A stretch of 58,196 bases of DNA, counting the filler, from Sphacelaria rigidula (Eukaryota), in NCBI GenBank assembly GCA_964200075.2. It is 8 parts of 8 records of this genome, joined end to end, with 100 filler letters (N's around TTAATTAATTAA, not from the genome) between each part and the next. Parts side by side here need not be neighbours in the genome. Positions count along the whole stretch, not along the records: positions 7,289 to 14,476 come from CAXNAA020016064.1; positions 14,577 to 21,763 come from CAXNAA020016065.1; positions 21,864 to 29,050 come from CAXNAA020016066.1; 5 more parts are not named here. One strand, written 5' to 3'. The notes beneath the pieces were generated by a model. The model searched no databases and had not been told where the DNA came from. It saw only the letters and a list, made by a program, of their open reading frames with translations. Made by a program: the position numbers and the translations under genes. Below, one piece after another: positions 10,755 to 22,860 of this stretch; the first letter of the stretch is position 1; every line of letters starts with the position of its first letter.

Positions 10755-13700
10755 CTACCAACACCTCACCGGGGGAAGCTCCTTCACCCCGTGCCATCGG
10801 CGGTCCCGCGCCTCCCCCAACTCTTCCAGCTCATTTTCATCTCCAACGACGGGAGTTACCTCTCCCGTTGTCCCCCCGTCGGCATGCCCATCACTCTGGC
10901 CGCCTCGGCGAACCCTGTCATCGGCGGGGGCAAGCATCATCGTCGCCCCGAAGTCGAAGGGATCATCTTGCGGTGAGTATGCACCGCCGCGCGCGCCACC
11001 GCCTGCATCATCTTCAGGGATGACGTCGGCAAGATCGCTCACGCTACGAGGCCCAACCGCCTCGCTGTCGGCCTCGTCCATTCCCGCGTCTGTACAAACG
11101 CGGTCGCGCCCGGCGATGGAGTCGTCGGACTCATCTTCGTATTTGCCGCCGATAACACCGTCAACGCCGCTGTCGCCACCGCCACCGCGCTCGTCGGTGG
11201 TGCCAACGACCGATTTATCTTCCTCCTCTCCCCATCTCCACGTCCTGTGGGCGTAAGCGGAATCCGTCAGGTTGTGAAATCCAGAAGCCTCCTCCACACT
11301 CACCTTCTGCCCCGCCACAGCGGCGGCTGCTGCCGACGGAGCCGGCAGAGACCCGTGATCACCCTCGCCCGCGCCGTTGGCTAAAGGAAGACGGGGGAGA
11401 GACGGCGGAACCTCCCACGATGACGACCCCCTGCTGATGCTATTGTGGATGAGTTTGTAGGGACTTGCGCTACTCCCAGCGTTACTGCCGCCATGACCGG
11501 GGATGGATGCAGCGGGGACGCCAGCGGGTCGCTGAGGGCGCGGCGGTTTGTCAGCCGCTGATGTTGCCACGCCTGCCCGACGGTGAGAGTTCGTCCGGAG
11601 GGTCGGTTGTTCCTCTTGGTCCTGCGGTGGTTGGGAGATAGCCGGACCACCACCCCGTGTATTGCTGAGATGTGCGTATGCAAGATTGGCGGTGACCTCA
11701 TGAGCGGGGATCGTGGGGTCGATCGCTGCGGTGGCGGTTGTGGAGGTACTCGCGGTGCTTTGAACGGTAACGATGCTGCTGCTGCTGAAGGCTGCCGAGA
11801 AGGGACGGGGGCCAGGCCGTGATTGCGGATTCGACGCGGTCTCAATCTCATCGGTCCCATCACAGCTGCCGTCGGCACCGTCATGCTTCTTTAGTCCGAA
11901 GATTTCGCCCGTGAGTTTGCTGAGCTTTTGAACGGTGCCGCTCTCGACGTCGATGATATCGCTATCGTGCTCGTCCGATTCCAGCCGTGGGTCGCCCCTG
12001 TCCCCATCACCTTCCTGTTCTCCCATACCGTTACCGTTGCTGTTGGTCTTGCTCTCAAACCACCTCGCCGGAGAGGAGAACGCCGCCATCAGACGTGCCA
12101 GTGGCTGGAAATTGTCATCTTCTCCTTCCCTCTCGTCCTTCACCGCGTCTTCCGTATGATCCGTGCTTCCCACGGCTGTTACCGTCCCATCTGTCGAATC
12201 TTCCGCTGCCTCCGCTGCCTCCGCGACCGGTGGAGGCGGCGGCGGCGGCGGCGGCGGCGATGGTGGCGGCGGTTGTGGCGGTAGTGTGGTGTGTGCACTC
12301 CCTTCTGCATCATGACCAGGCACTGCATCAATAGCACGGTCAAGGTGGCTACCGACAAAAACGTCTCGATCGCCCGAAGCAGGTCCCCGCTGTTCGATAC
12401 GACTCCCGCCAACGGCCTCGTTATTCACATCCACCGCTGCCACCGCTGCCGCTGCTGCCACATCTGTGGAAGATGCGGTCGATGGCACCGCCTCACTTGC
12501 GGACGCCTTATCCGCACATCTCCATGCGCTAGTTCGTGGGCTTGCCTCGGTGGTCGACACGTGACGTTCCTCTCGCGGGGTCGACGAACTCGAGTGCATC
12601 TGCCTCAACATCTGCGACGTGTCTACATTACTAATGGTCGGCCGACCGCCGGTGTATCTCTGCACCCCACCAGCGGGAGCACCGTCGCGTCGTGCCAGGA
12701 GCCACGGATAGTACTCACCACGGCCATCGTCCTCATCTCCCACCCCGCCGTCGGCAGAACCGCTTCCTGCTGGGGAAAAACCCACCAGCGACACCGCGCC
12801 GCTTGCACGCCGAACGCCGACCAAGTGCGAAGGGCTCTCAGCGATCGAGCCCACGTCGGAGCCCTGCCGGACGACCTTGCCACCATCTGATTCCGGAGGC
12901 AAACGCGTGCCCTCACTGCGTTCCTCGCTGCCCACACGGCTGCGGTAGAGGGTGTAGTTGTTGTCCAGTCGCGCGGCGGTGCTAGGACGCGCAGCGGCGC
13001 CGAGTGGTCCAGTTGTCTTGGGACGCCCGATGACGGCTACGTTCGACGAGGATCCGCCGCTGAACGGCCTGCGAGAGACGGGAGCACGCGAGAATGGTGA
13101 TGACGACGATAGCCGTGATCCAGTTCCCGGCGGGTTTCGATTCATGAGGTCCGGCGCTCCCGGGTAGCCCGAGAGTGTGCTGGCGGCGCTGCTGATCTCG
13201 CTCTGGCTTGTCATCGTGTAGTCGCTGCTGCTGCAGAACGAACTCCCGTCTTCGAGCGAACTCGTGTAGTCATCGTCATCATCGTCATCGCTCACCGCGC
13301 CGTCGGCAACGTGTGCGCCCCCTTTCGCCGGTGCGTTTTGATCCGAGTGGTCGTGCTCGACGGTGATTCCGACACCGCTTTCACGCCCGCGCCCACCATG
13401 AAGGTCCGTCGGTGTTTTACCTCCGGAGGACACGGTCCCACTGCCACCGCTCCCACCAGCGCCGCGAGAAGAAACCGGAACTGTCCCACCGTGAGCTGTA
13501 TCGACAACCCGCCCCACGTTCTCCATGTCTATTCCCGGGCTATTCCGATTGATGGCGTCAACGTCGATACGACCGTCGCCGCCGCCGCCGCCGCCAGCAG
13601 GCACAGCGAAACCCGCCTGCCCGGCTCCACCATCACTCCTTGCACTGCCGACATTGCTGGACTCGTCGCTGCCGCGCCGCCCGACGACCGCTCCTCTTCC

Positions 13701-14187
13701 CCCCTTTCCTCCGAAGATGGCCACCCGATCCGCCACCGACGGTGCCACAGTCGTAGTGGGCACAGAAAACAGCCGCTCTCGGTGAGTTGTGGGGGTGGTG
13801 CCCTCGGGACTGCTGTCCACGCTCATGACTCGGCGCCTTCTTCCAGTCGTGGCATTATCTTGACCAGGCATACGCATCCCTCGGCTGCTGCCGCCGCGGC
13901 CGCGGCCGACCCCCGGCATGGCGACAAGGGTACGGACTGCGGGTACGGGCGGTTTCATGGGCGATCCGGTGTGTCTCCTGGCCTTGAGCGCCATGATGGG
14001 CTGGGGCGGCGACCGCGTCATATCGCGCGCTATGTCGGGCGGAGATGGTGATCGCGCCGGGGATGGTGGGGGCCGCCGGGCTCCTTCGACCTCACCCCCG
14101 CCAGCCGCCGCCGTCGTACTGCGGGATGGGGCACGACTGCGGGCCTCGTTGGTTTCGGCGATCTCCGCGTGGTTCGCCATAACCCAT
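10755..14187 (-). CDS. Very large exon of an unknown, low-complexity (Gly/Ser/Ala/Asp/Pro-rich, likely disordered) protein; partial gene
   Basis: 1152-codon stop-free GC-rich ORF. Likely acceptor ...AACCGTAG at 14188-14189. Either stops at 10755 or is spliced at the GTGAGG donor after 10770. No recognisable domain. Confidence 0.8.
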
Positions 14188-15589
14188 CTACGGTTTGCGC
14201 GTTGCAGGTGCATTTCCGGTGCGAGGGGAGGGGGTGGGGGGATTCACGTGAGATGTCAACGTATGCTGCATCGCCCCGAAAACCATACAAGGTGAAAGTT
14301 TGCTCAAGTGAGTATCGAGGGCAGCACAGGTGTACCGAGAATGGAGACTATGAAGCCAAGGAAGGGGGCATTTTCGACGGTGGGCGGAAGACCCGGCGAT
14401 GCGTAAGATGAAGAACATACACCTGTTGTGCAAACTCAAGGAAAGAGGAGGGGAGTGGGGGGGGGGGCATACCCATNNNNNNNNNNNNNNNNNNNNNNNN
14501 NNNNNNNNNNNNNNNNNNNNTTAATTAATTAANNNNNNNNNNNNNNNNNNNNNNNNNNNNNNNNNNNNNNNNNNNNCACCCCTTTCGAGACGGAGCACCG
14601 CCTCTGGGGAGTGGGGGGGGGCGTACTCATTTGTTGCTTGCCTTAGTCATTTGACCATTGACCACGCACCCCTTTCGAGACTGGGGCGTGGGGGGTAGGG
14701 CGTTACGTCTTCCAGCCTGTAAGGCCCCTTGGTACAGTTATGGGGGTGAATGAGGACCGATTTTGGGTACTATATTTCGGGAAAGTGGACATCGACACCT
14801 GTCGACAGAAGAAGTACTGAAGCCATTTCTATAACCGACGTTCGTTGCTGTACATATATACACAGGGTCACAGCAGCAGGATTAAGAAGCTGCTGCTTTA
14901 GAGCCTGGCATCTCAGAAACGAAAATCGGCACAACGCCCGAACTTGGGGGTAGATCTTTGTGGTGAAACGTGAAATTTAATCAGAGACCCTTCAGTGGGG
15001 AATCGGCGCAATCTAGCGCCAGTGAAATGCGACCTTCACAGTGAATAATGTAGTGAAAATGATCGTGGTTGGCTCACACACTCGACTCACCTGTAGTGCA
15101 CGTACCACAGTAGTACATGAGTGAATAGTCGCGGCGGGACGAATAGAGCAGCAGCAGAGAAACGAAGCTGCAAGCAGACAAGCAGATGGCGAGTGGTACA
15201 TTGCCACCGCAGGGGGTCATCACGATAACCGTGCATCGGTGTACCCGCACCTCGGCTTTCCATGGCCGCGAGCGCTGGCGCCGATGCCAGCGGCAGTGGA
15301 CGCCATGCTGACGGGTGCAATCACTAAGTAGCTGTGCAGTAATACGCACTACGCTGTGGGTTGCTTCTTTCATCGGAGCACGAGGTCTGGCCCAGCCGGT
15401 CGAGCGGTCTATACCGGCGCTGCTTGTGTATCTTCACTCAGCCATGTTCGGTATCGCGCAAATCATGCGTGTGGGCAACACCTTGTTCGTTTGATGGGAG
15501 ACGAAACAATCAACACACCAGTGTGTAGACAGCACTGCGTCCCGATTGATCCTACTTTTGCAGAGACGGACACAACCGAGATTGTGTCC

Positions 15590-16110
15590 TGTAGGGTACG
15601 GTTTTCTGTACACCTGGGATTTTTCCCCAGGTATTTACCATACCTGACAGTTATGTAATCTCTGTATTACTTGCATACGCTTACTCGATAGTTCTGTGAG
15701 TTGTGTAAGCCTCCCGTACCGTCACCGGGGGGCACGGGCATGTTGTTGGCAAGATACCCAGTTGCGGATACTGTTTTTTGTGCAACCTCTATACCCTACC
15801 CGACAGTTTCTGTGAGTTCTGTTAGCCTCCCATACCCTTACCCGACAGTTCTGTGAGTTCTGTACAGAATTTTTACCCGTACCCGGAGCGTGGATATGCT
15901 CTTGAAGGGATACCCGATTGCCGGTACGATTTTTCTGTAAGTCCCCCGTACCGTAACCGACAAATCCTGTAAGTTCTGTAAGACTTCCAGACCGGTACCC
16001 GACAGTTTCGTGATTTCTGCAAGACTTTCATACCGGTACCCGGTATTTCTATAAGTTCTGTAAGTAATGTCGTACCCTACACAACATACCCGTACCCTAC
16101 AGAACACGAC
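15590..16110. repeat. Dispersed repeat built of GTACCCG / TTCTGTAAG subunits; second copy ~53600-53830
   Basis: ACCGGTACCCGACA...TTTCTG(C/T)AAGACTTT.ATACCG.TACCCGGTATTTCT...TACCCTACA is shared between contigs 3 and 8. Confidence 0.8.
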
Positions 16111-16989
16111 CTTGACACTCAAATGCAGCAACTCAGGCCATCTCAGTGGAGACCAAACTGTCTTGGCAAGGTCTGAAGCTACCACAAAACAGTGAAAGCT
16201 ACAGCGCATGAGAGAACACGTGGGTGTGTTTGCGCTACAGTACAGTGAAACAGGATGTGTCCCATGTTTGAGTTATTCGCCTGATTTGAAGCGGGTCCTC
16301 AGTGTTTGCCGGGTGCGGATCTTGAACGCTCGGCCATAATCGCGCTTGGCGCAAACAATTGAATTCGCTACAAGATCACCCCCATGTATGGGCGCTGTGC
16401 CAAAAAACGGGTGGGCATGTTGTGGTTGTTGTCTTCACAAATAAACCGTTGCGATATCCGCTCAGTACTCTGTACTGGGGCATCTGATGCAGACACCTTC
16501 CGTGCTCACAACCTAAATACCCCAAAAGAGAGTAAAATACAACTGAAAAATAAAAGCGGACCCAGAAAAATCCACGCAGACGTTACATGGCCGAAACTGC
16601 TTGCGTACCCTGAGCCTATTGGACGAAATAAACGAAATTTCGATGACGACTCCAACCTCTCCCGAATGATGGATCTCAAATTTTATTCCGCGCTGTTTCC
16701 TTATGGCTTTTGACAAGTACTACACACCATCGAATTTGTATTCCGATACCCGAAATTTACGGGTCGGGTGCAAAAACAAAATGTGGTTTCGGTGATTCGG
16801 TACCTATCAACAACAACACGGCATACAACGTATCTAGATGGTGTTACCGTTCTCTTCCGCCCTCACGGGATGGTTCACGATATAATTCAAGTGGACGATA
16901 TGAGAAGAACTTGACCTTGTATGTGCAATATGTGGTATGTGGGAATATGTGAAGATATATCCTCCAAACGGCCACTTCCGCAGCTCACG

Positions 16990-17360
16990 TTTACCTCAAT
17001 TTTTACAGGACGGGATGGCCGGTCACAAATTTTGAGGCGAGGGTTTGTGACGGGACTTCGGCACGGGACCATTTCCCCGTCGGCATTATGACGCGATGAA
17101 GCTAACGTATTCCTATGCTGTGTCTCCCCACACCTGTGATCATCTCCTTGGTGAACGTGTCGGAGCATCGCTGCACCAAAGTACTATCTCATCGTATCGA
17201 GGTTCAGGGACAGTTACATGCACATTCCCATAATCGTTCCGCCCTGTCTGTCCCCAGAATTCCCGGCCCGTCCCATCATTTTTGAGGCGACGAGTAGCCG
17301 TGCCCATCCCGTCCCGTCCCATCCCATGTTTATTTCAACGAAAAGAAAACGGTCCCGTCA
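16990..17360. mobile_element. MITE-like element with GACGGGA / TCCCGTC motifs in opposite orientation in its two halves
   Basis: GACGGGA repeats on the left (17009, 17049) and TCCCGTC/CCCGTCCC repeats on the right (17267-17358). Confidence 0.45.
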
Positions 17361-17642
17361 AGGAGTTCTGTGGCAAGACCTGCATTATATTGTCGTGAGT
17401 GCAACACAGATCATATTCACGACTTCTATCGAGTACCGTGAATCTGTCCATAGGTCCGGAACACACTCGCGTACGGGTGAAACATGGAGCGAAGGATACT
17501 TGAGTGCCCGTCCACAAAGAACGTGAAGAATAGTGCGCACGATACGTGCATCACACACACACAATGGTATGTGTTTTGAATCCGTTACGCCGCCGCCCTT
17601 TCCCCTCGGTATAAAAACAGGAAAAGGGAGAGTGACGATAAA

Positions 17643-18010
17643 ACCGGTCGCCCCGGTAGCTCAGATGGTAGCCTCGACTCCTTCTGACGGTCGGGTCGTG
17701 GGTTCGAATCTCGGTGCAGTCACACGATCTGGTATTTTATCTCACACAACGCCCGACAGTGGAAATCGAGGATGTCGTGAGTACACAAAGATCGACGTCA
17801 CGGTCGACGAGGGAAAGGGTGTGTCGAACCCCTCTCGCGATAAAAAAAAGACAAGCACCGCAGGAGGAAGGTGGAAAAGGATTTATTGAAAAAGAAAAAA
17901 GAGAAAACCTCCTGTGTTGGCAATCCTTCTGGGTGACCCCGGCTAATGCACCCACATATACCGAAAGGCGTAGACTGAAGTGCAAAATAGATGGAATGAT
18001 GACGCGCACA
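17643..18010 (+). mobile_element. tRNA-derived SINE family A, full length (~370 bp)
   Basis: A-box TAGCTCAGATGG at 17657-17668 and B-box GGTTCGAATC at 17701-17710. The tRNA-unrelated body is homologous to the copies at 22335-22677, 26806-26975 and 27714-28116. Confidence 0.85.
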
Positions 18011-18726
18011 CCCGATGAACATGTAGGCACCAGCACGTGGAAAAAGCGGGCGAAACAGTGTGCCGTCGAAGAGTACTTGTACACCCGAAGAGTACTTCTA
18101 CACCCAAAATACACATGTATTGCGCAGAGCATAGACGGCACGTGTGCACTACCTTTGTACAAGGGATCGAACCCTACTCCATCCGCCGCCCCCTCCCCGG
18201 CCAACACACGGATGAAAATATACAAAATTTTGTCGCCACGAGCACACTAGATAGTGGAGTGGAACGAGAATGCCACTATCGCGCGATAGCATCCTCCCCC
18301 GCCCTCCGAAAACCGGAAGATACAGCGAATGCATCATGATCCTTCTATCCTCCTGATAATAGAACAAATTGCCACTATGATCTGATTGTATTCAGCTTTG
18401 TCTTCCTTGCATCCCTTGCCCTTAGCGAACACGAGTCTGGTAGTTTGAGGGGTCGATGCATGTCTTTTCCCGCATGTACTTGGCTTGCTCTTCATATCAT
18501 CAAATGCTGGGTCAAAAGTCCTGCAACCCTTCGGCTTCTATGAAACTTCGACGTTACGCGTGTGGATGTCGAAGGGCGGATAACGTCGAGTGTATGATAC
18601 CGTGACGCGGCAGCAGCACACTGTGATCAGACCGATGGAGCTTCACCTACGCCGTCTTTCTCCTTCTGCGTGTTGTTCGCCAAACGCGACTGTGCCACTT
18701 GCTCAGGAGTGTTTCAAGGCGCTGCA

Positions 18727-18762
18727 ATGGCATCCCCGGCTGTCGTGGGCACTCGGGTCCAG
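18727..18762 (+). CDS. NLR-like gene, probable first coding exon (MASPAVVGTRVQ)
   Basis: ATG at 18727 and strong donor CAG/GTGAGC after 18762; phase 0 joins in frame to the next exon. Confidence 0.6.
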
Positions 18763-19180
18763 GTGAGCACGACTACTCGATGTGTTCGAAATCTTGTGAT
18801 GTATGCGACGAAGAAGCGTACCCGCGAGCGGTGTGTGCGGGAATGGCAAAGCACGGGTGAGGACACGGATATCATCGCTAGAGCGAACACGTGCTTCTTG
18901 GCGATGCTAGCGGAGAAATGTGGTGACACTTGTATGCAACCCCGGGAGAGCCGGAAATTCATGAAACATGTGGACAATGAACAACACCACAATATGAAAC
19001 GCCGGGACATGAAAATACTGTGCATACAGGCTATGTCTCGATTAGCGTTTCCTCGAGGCTCGGGCTTTGTGCATGAGTCCAGCGTTGAGCTACCGATTTT
19101 TATCGTCGAAACAGAGAGACGTCGGTTCGCACTTGACGTTCCGTGTGCTGCATCGGGGGTGGTGTTCCCTCATCCCTCAG

Positions 19181-20335
19181 GCACTGGAAACGACGCAGAG
19201 GGCCATCGAAGAGAATAGGCCGTGGTACCAAGCTGTCCTTCTTCGGGCGGAGACGGCAGAGGCTGCGGTCGGAGAGACTTCCACCGGGGTGGTAATTGAG
19301 GGGTTCCGTGTACTGGTGAATGCGGTCAACGTGGACGCTGTGAAGCCCGTCTGTGTTGTCCTTAGTGCTCTGTTCGAGGCTGCGAAAGGAGCCACCGCTG
19401 CCCGGGAGGAACTGCTAGATCTGCTGAGCTACTGCGTCTTGATCACGAGTATCGTACTGGACAATGCCCGTGCGCCGGAGCTTCCGGCGCACATCCAGAA
19501 GGCTTTGCAGCAGGTGACAGTGGAGATGACCAACATACATCACGCCGCTAGCCAGTTCGACGCCAAGGCGAGCCGTTCTTCGCCTTGGCGAAGGTTGCGT
19601 CTGCACGCCAGAGACAGAAGTAGGATCGAGACGCACAGGACGACACTCGAGGACATCTTGGCCACGGCGACGAGCGCTGCCGCGCTTTCTGCCGCTGCTG
19701 ACGCGAGCGCTATTCGCAGCATGCTGATACCCTTTTCCACACCTGGACGTATGGCGAGGGTTCCGCATGAAGCGCGGTTGCGACCTTCCAGCCACGTGGA
19801 GCGCCCGGCTCTGTTGTCCGAGATTGTTCCTAAACTCACGGCAGCAGATGCTAGCAGTCGTCCATACGTCCTTTTTGGTATGGGAGGAGCGGGCAAGACA
19901 ATGCTAGCATCCTCAGTCGTTCGCAACCCAGACGTCCTGGACCACTTCACGGGAGGGATCTTCTGGCTTCGGGTAGGACGAGCTGGTGAGACTCACCCTC
20001 TAGCGCTCCTCGAGGGGCTAGCCGCCAAGGTGATTGTATCTCCCACAGGTCCGCGCAATTTCAGCAGCGAGGACGAGGTGGTTCGGAGCCTGACGGCAGC
20101 CATTTTAGAAGATGGTCTACCTCGCCTGGTTGTGGTGGACGATGTGTGGGAGCGGGACATGGTGGATGTGCTGTCGCGCACCGGACTTCGACTCCTGGTG
20201 ACCACGCGTGTCCGTGCAGCAGTTGCCATGGACGGAGGGTGCACGGAGGTGGGAAGCATGAACCAGGTGGAGGCGCGACAGCTGCTGAAATCGAGGAGTG
20301 GCGCGGTGGCACTTCCGGAGAGGGAAGCTGACCAG
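19181..20335 (+). CDS. NLR-like STAND protein exon: N-terminal helical domain + NB-ARC nucleotide-binding domain
   Basis: Acceptor CCCTCAG/19181, donor CAG/GTACAC. P-loop GMGGAGKT, GGIFWL, Walker B LVVVDDVW, RNBS-B LLVTTR. Confidence 0.92.
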
Positions 20336-20638
20336 GTACACGTACGGGGGCCACTGGTTCAGCATGGAGCGTTTGAGAGGTGTCAGCCATGCTCATGTAT
20401 CGACCGCAAACATGGCTCTGTTCATAGCAATGTCTGGCGTGATTGCTGATTCCTTGGTAGACCCAAGGTTGTCCTGTTTCACAGAATAAACCACGTCGCT
20501 GTCAAAGTAAGACTTCAAGCGGCCTTGGCTTGTTACGCGGTACTATCATATAGTGCTGATTTATGCTGAACTCGCTCGATTGCTTCCCCGGCCTGTGTTG
20601 GTCTGTTGGTATCCTCCGTCGTGATGTATCCGTCGCAG

Positions 20639-20953
20639 GTTGCTGAGGAATGCGGGCGGTTACCGTTGGCCCTAGCTATTGCAGGGTCGCTCCCATGTGT
20701 GACCAACAGTCCAGACTCTGCTTTATCGTGGAATCAGCTGCACCAAGAGATCAAACAGAAGAAGGCAACGCCCCGAGGCCTGCAGATGAGCAGAGACATC
20801 GCCGACGACAAGTCCAAGACATCACTGTTTCCCGTTCTGTCCGTGAGCCTCGAAGAGTTAGGTGAAGAGGAGGAGGTCATGTTCCTGAGTCTGGTTGTGC
20901 TCGCCCGTGGTGTCTGGGCATCAACTGCTATGCTGGCCACGCTCTGGGAGAAG
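20639..20953 (+). CDS. NLR-like gene exon: ARC1/helical domain
   Basis: Acceptor GTCGCAG/20639, donor AAG/GTGTGG. VAEECGRLPLALAIAGS (GLPL motif) and LATLW; phase 0 at both ends. Confidence 0.92.
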
Positions 20954-21547
20954 GTGTGGTTCAATTGAAAGCGCCGTTGCATCGATTACGGACCTTTGTA
21001 CATACAGGATGCGCAGTGATGGTTGCGAGATGGTTGGAGCTTCACAGAGCGATGCGCTCCCCCTCCTGTTCATCAGGTATTTGAGTCGGTATGCCTGACG
21101 ATATAAACAGCTCGACTCATGTGTACTGTGAAGTAGCATATTCTCTTGAACGTTTTGCCAACATCGAGCGATCAGTTGTTTGCAGCTGCGAGATGAGAAG
21201 TACGTGAGAGGGCATTTTGGGTCCACGGTGATTCAAAAAAGGTTTGTTTTCATTGTGAGGCCGAAATTATTTGATTTCAGCATGCCGCTTTTAACCCCCG
21301 ATGCTTTGGGCTTACCGTGTATGTCCGTTGGGTGTTATGGCATGACCGCCATATACAGCGCGAACCCGCGTCCATGTAAACTCCCTGTATAGTAGACGAG
21401 TGTGGAAAGGAGGAATGGAGGCTTGCGCGACAAGGTTGTGAGGAGATCTTCCTGTCAGCTGGGGCCGTCGCGGCAGTCGCTTCGTGAAGCCCGTGGGATT
21501 GCCCTTGCTCAACATGGACCTGTGTTTTGAACTATATCGCGTCGCAG

Positions 21548-21763
21548 GATGTCGAAGGTGCAAAAAATGAAGCTGAGTTCCTAGCGCGTAATGCACTGAT
21601 GAATGAGGTGGAAGGCTCCTTCTACGTGCACGACCTGCTGTTGGACTTCATCAAACTGAGGTGTACAAGCACGGGCTTGCGCGGGTTGGTCGAGGATGCT
21701 GTGAATCGTCAAGCACGGTACTTGAGCCAACCGTCCGTGGTCCGAGAGTTTGGTGAGAACGGG
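21548..21763 (+). CDS. NLR-like gene exon: winged helix with MHD-equivalent motif; truncated by contig end
   Basis: Acceptor GTCGCAG/21548; FYVHDLLLDFI. Confidence 0.88.
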
Positions 21764-21863
21764 NNNNNNNNNNNNNNNNNNNNNNNNNNNNNNNNNNNNN
21801 NNNNNNNTTAATTAATTAANNNNNNNNNNNNNNNNNNNNNNNNNNNNNNNNNNNNNNNNNNNN

Positions 21864-21934
21864 GGAATCGAACCCCCCAACTCAACCATCAGAAGGTTAC
21901 GAGGTTACCAACTGAGCCACCGGGGCGACCGGCT
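21864..21934 (-). mobile_element. SINE family A head (cut by contig start)
   Basis: Near identical to 1-63; includes the B-box GGTTCGATTCC on the - strand. Confidence 0.8.
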
Positions 21935-22334
21935 CATGTAGAAGCAGATATACCGACCACGCAAAGTCCACCATGCTTCTCGGTTTTGTCGGTGTTTATT
22001 GATCAATTTCTTGCAACAAAATGAACAGAAAATAGTCCAAAGTCTGTATTGATCAATTTCTTGGAACGAAGTCGACAAGAAAAATAATCAGGGGTCTACA
22101 CGTTACACTCGACACTTTAACGTGACAACATTCGAAAAAACGGGAAAACGTAACTTCGGGTCATTCAGCGCTACGTGAGGTTTGACTTTTTGGATGGGAC
22201 AAATTTAAGCTAACGTGATGTAACGTGTGGTCCTTCGAATGAACCCGAACGTAAAGTTTTACTTTGCAAATGTGACGACGGAAACTCTGCTACTGGCCCT
22301 GCTCATACCTGTAGATGTGCAAAAAGCTGAAACT

Positions 22335-22677
22335 GTGTGTGTGTGTGTGTGTATGTGTGTGTGTTGTCGTCCCATCTATTCTGGGCACCGGTCTACACCT
22401 TTCGGTATAATAGGGCGCACCAGCCGCGGTTATTTGTTTTGAGTACCTCACCTTCCTTCTGCGGTGCTTGCTTTTTATTTTCTATCGCAAGAGGGGTTCA
22501 ACAGTCCCTTTCCCTCGTCGACCCTTCAGTCGAATTTCGTGTACCCACGACTTCATCGCTCTCCGCTGTTGGGCATGGTGTGAGAAAAAAATCCCAGATC
22601 GCTCCGAGAATTGAACCCAGAAAACCAATCGTCAGCAGGTTCCAAGGATACCAACTGAGCCACCGGGGCGATCGGCT
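22335..22677 (-). mobile_element. SINE family A, full length with (CA)n tail
   Basis: Homologous end to end to 17643-18010; the (GT)n run at 22335-22363 is the tail. Confidence 0.85.
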
Positions 22678-22787
22678 CCTCTGAAAGAACCGAGGAAAAA
22701 ATGGGGGATCTCGGGCATCGGCTATTCGACAGAGGTGAAACGCGATGGCCCGAGCTTCGACAGTGGAAAGCAGACACTTCGAACACG

Positions 22788-22860
22788 ATGCATCGGGAAT
22801 CGAACGAACCGTTGTCTCCACCCTAATGGTGAAAGCCGGACCGTTGGACCACCGGGGCGC
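22788..22860 (-). mobile_element. tRNA-like head of SINE family B
   Basis: Reverse complement GCGCCCCGGTGGTCCAACGG...TAGGGTGGAGACAACGGTTCGTTCGATTCCCGATGC matches 30521-30590. Confidence 0.65.

Noticed and set aside
17643-17720. tRNA gene
   Set aside because: A/B boxes are present, but there is no clean cloverleaf and it is fused to a multi-copy body and tail, so it is a SINE head.
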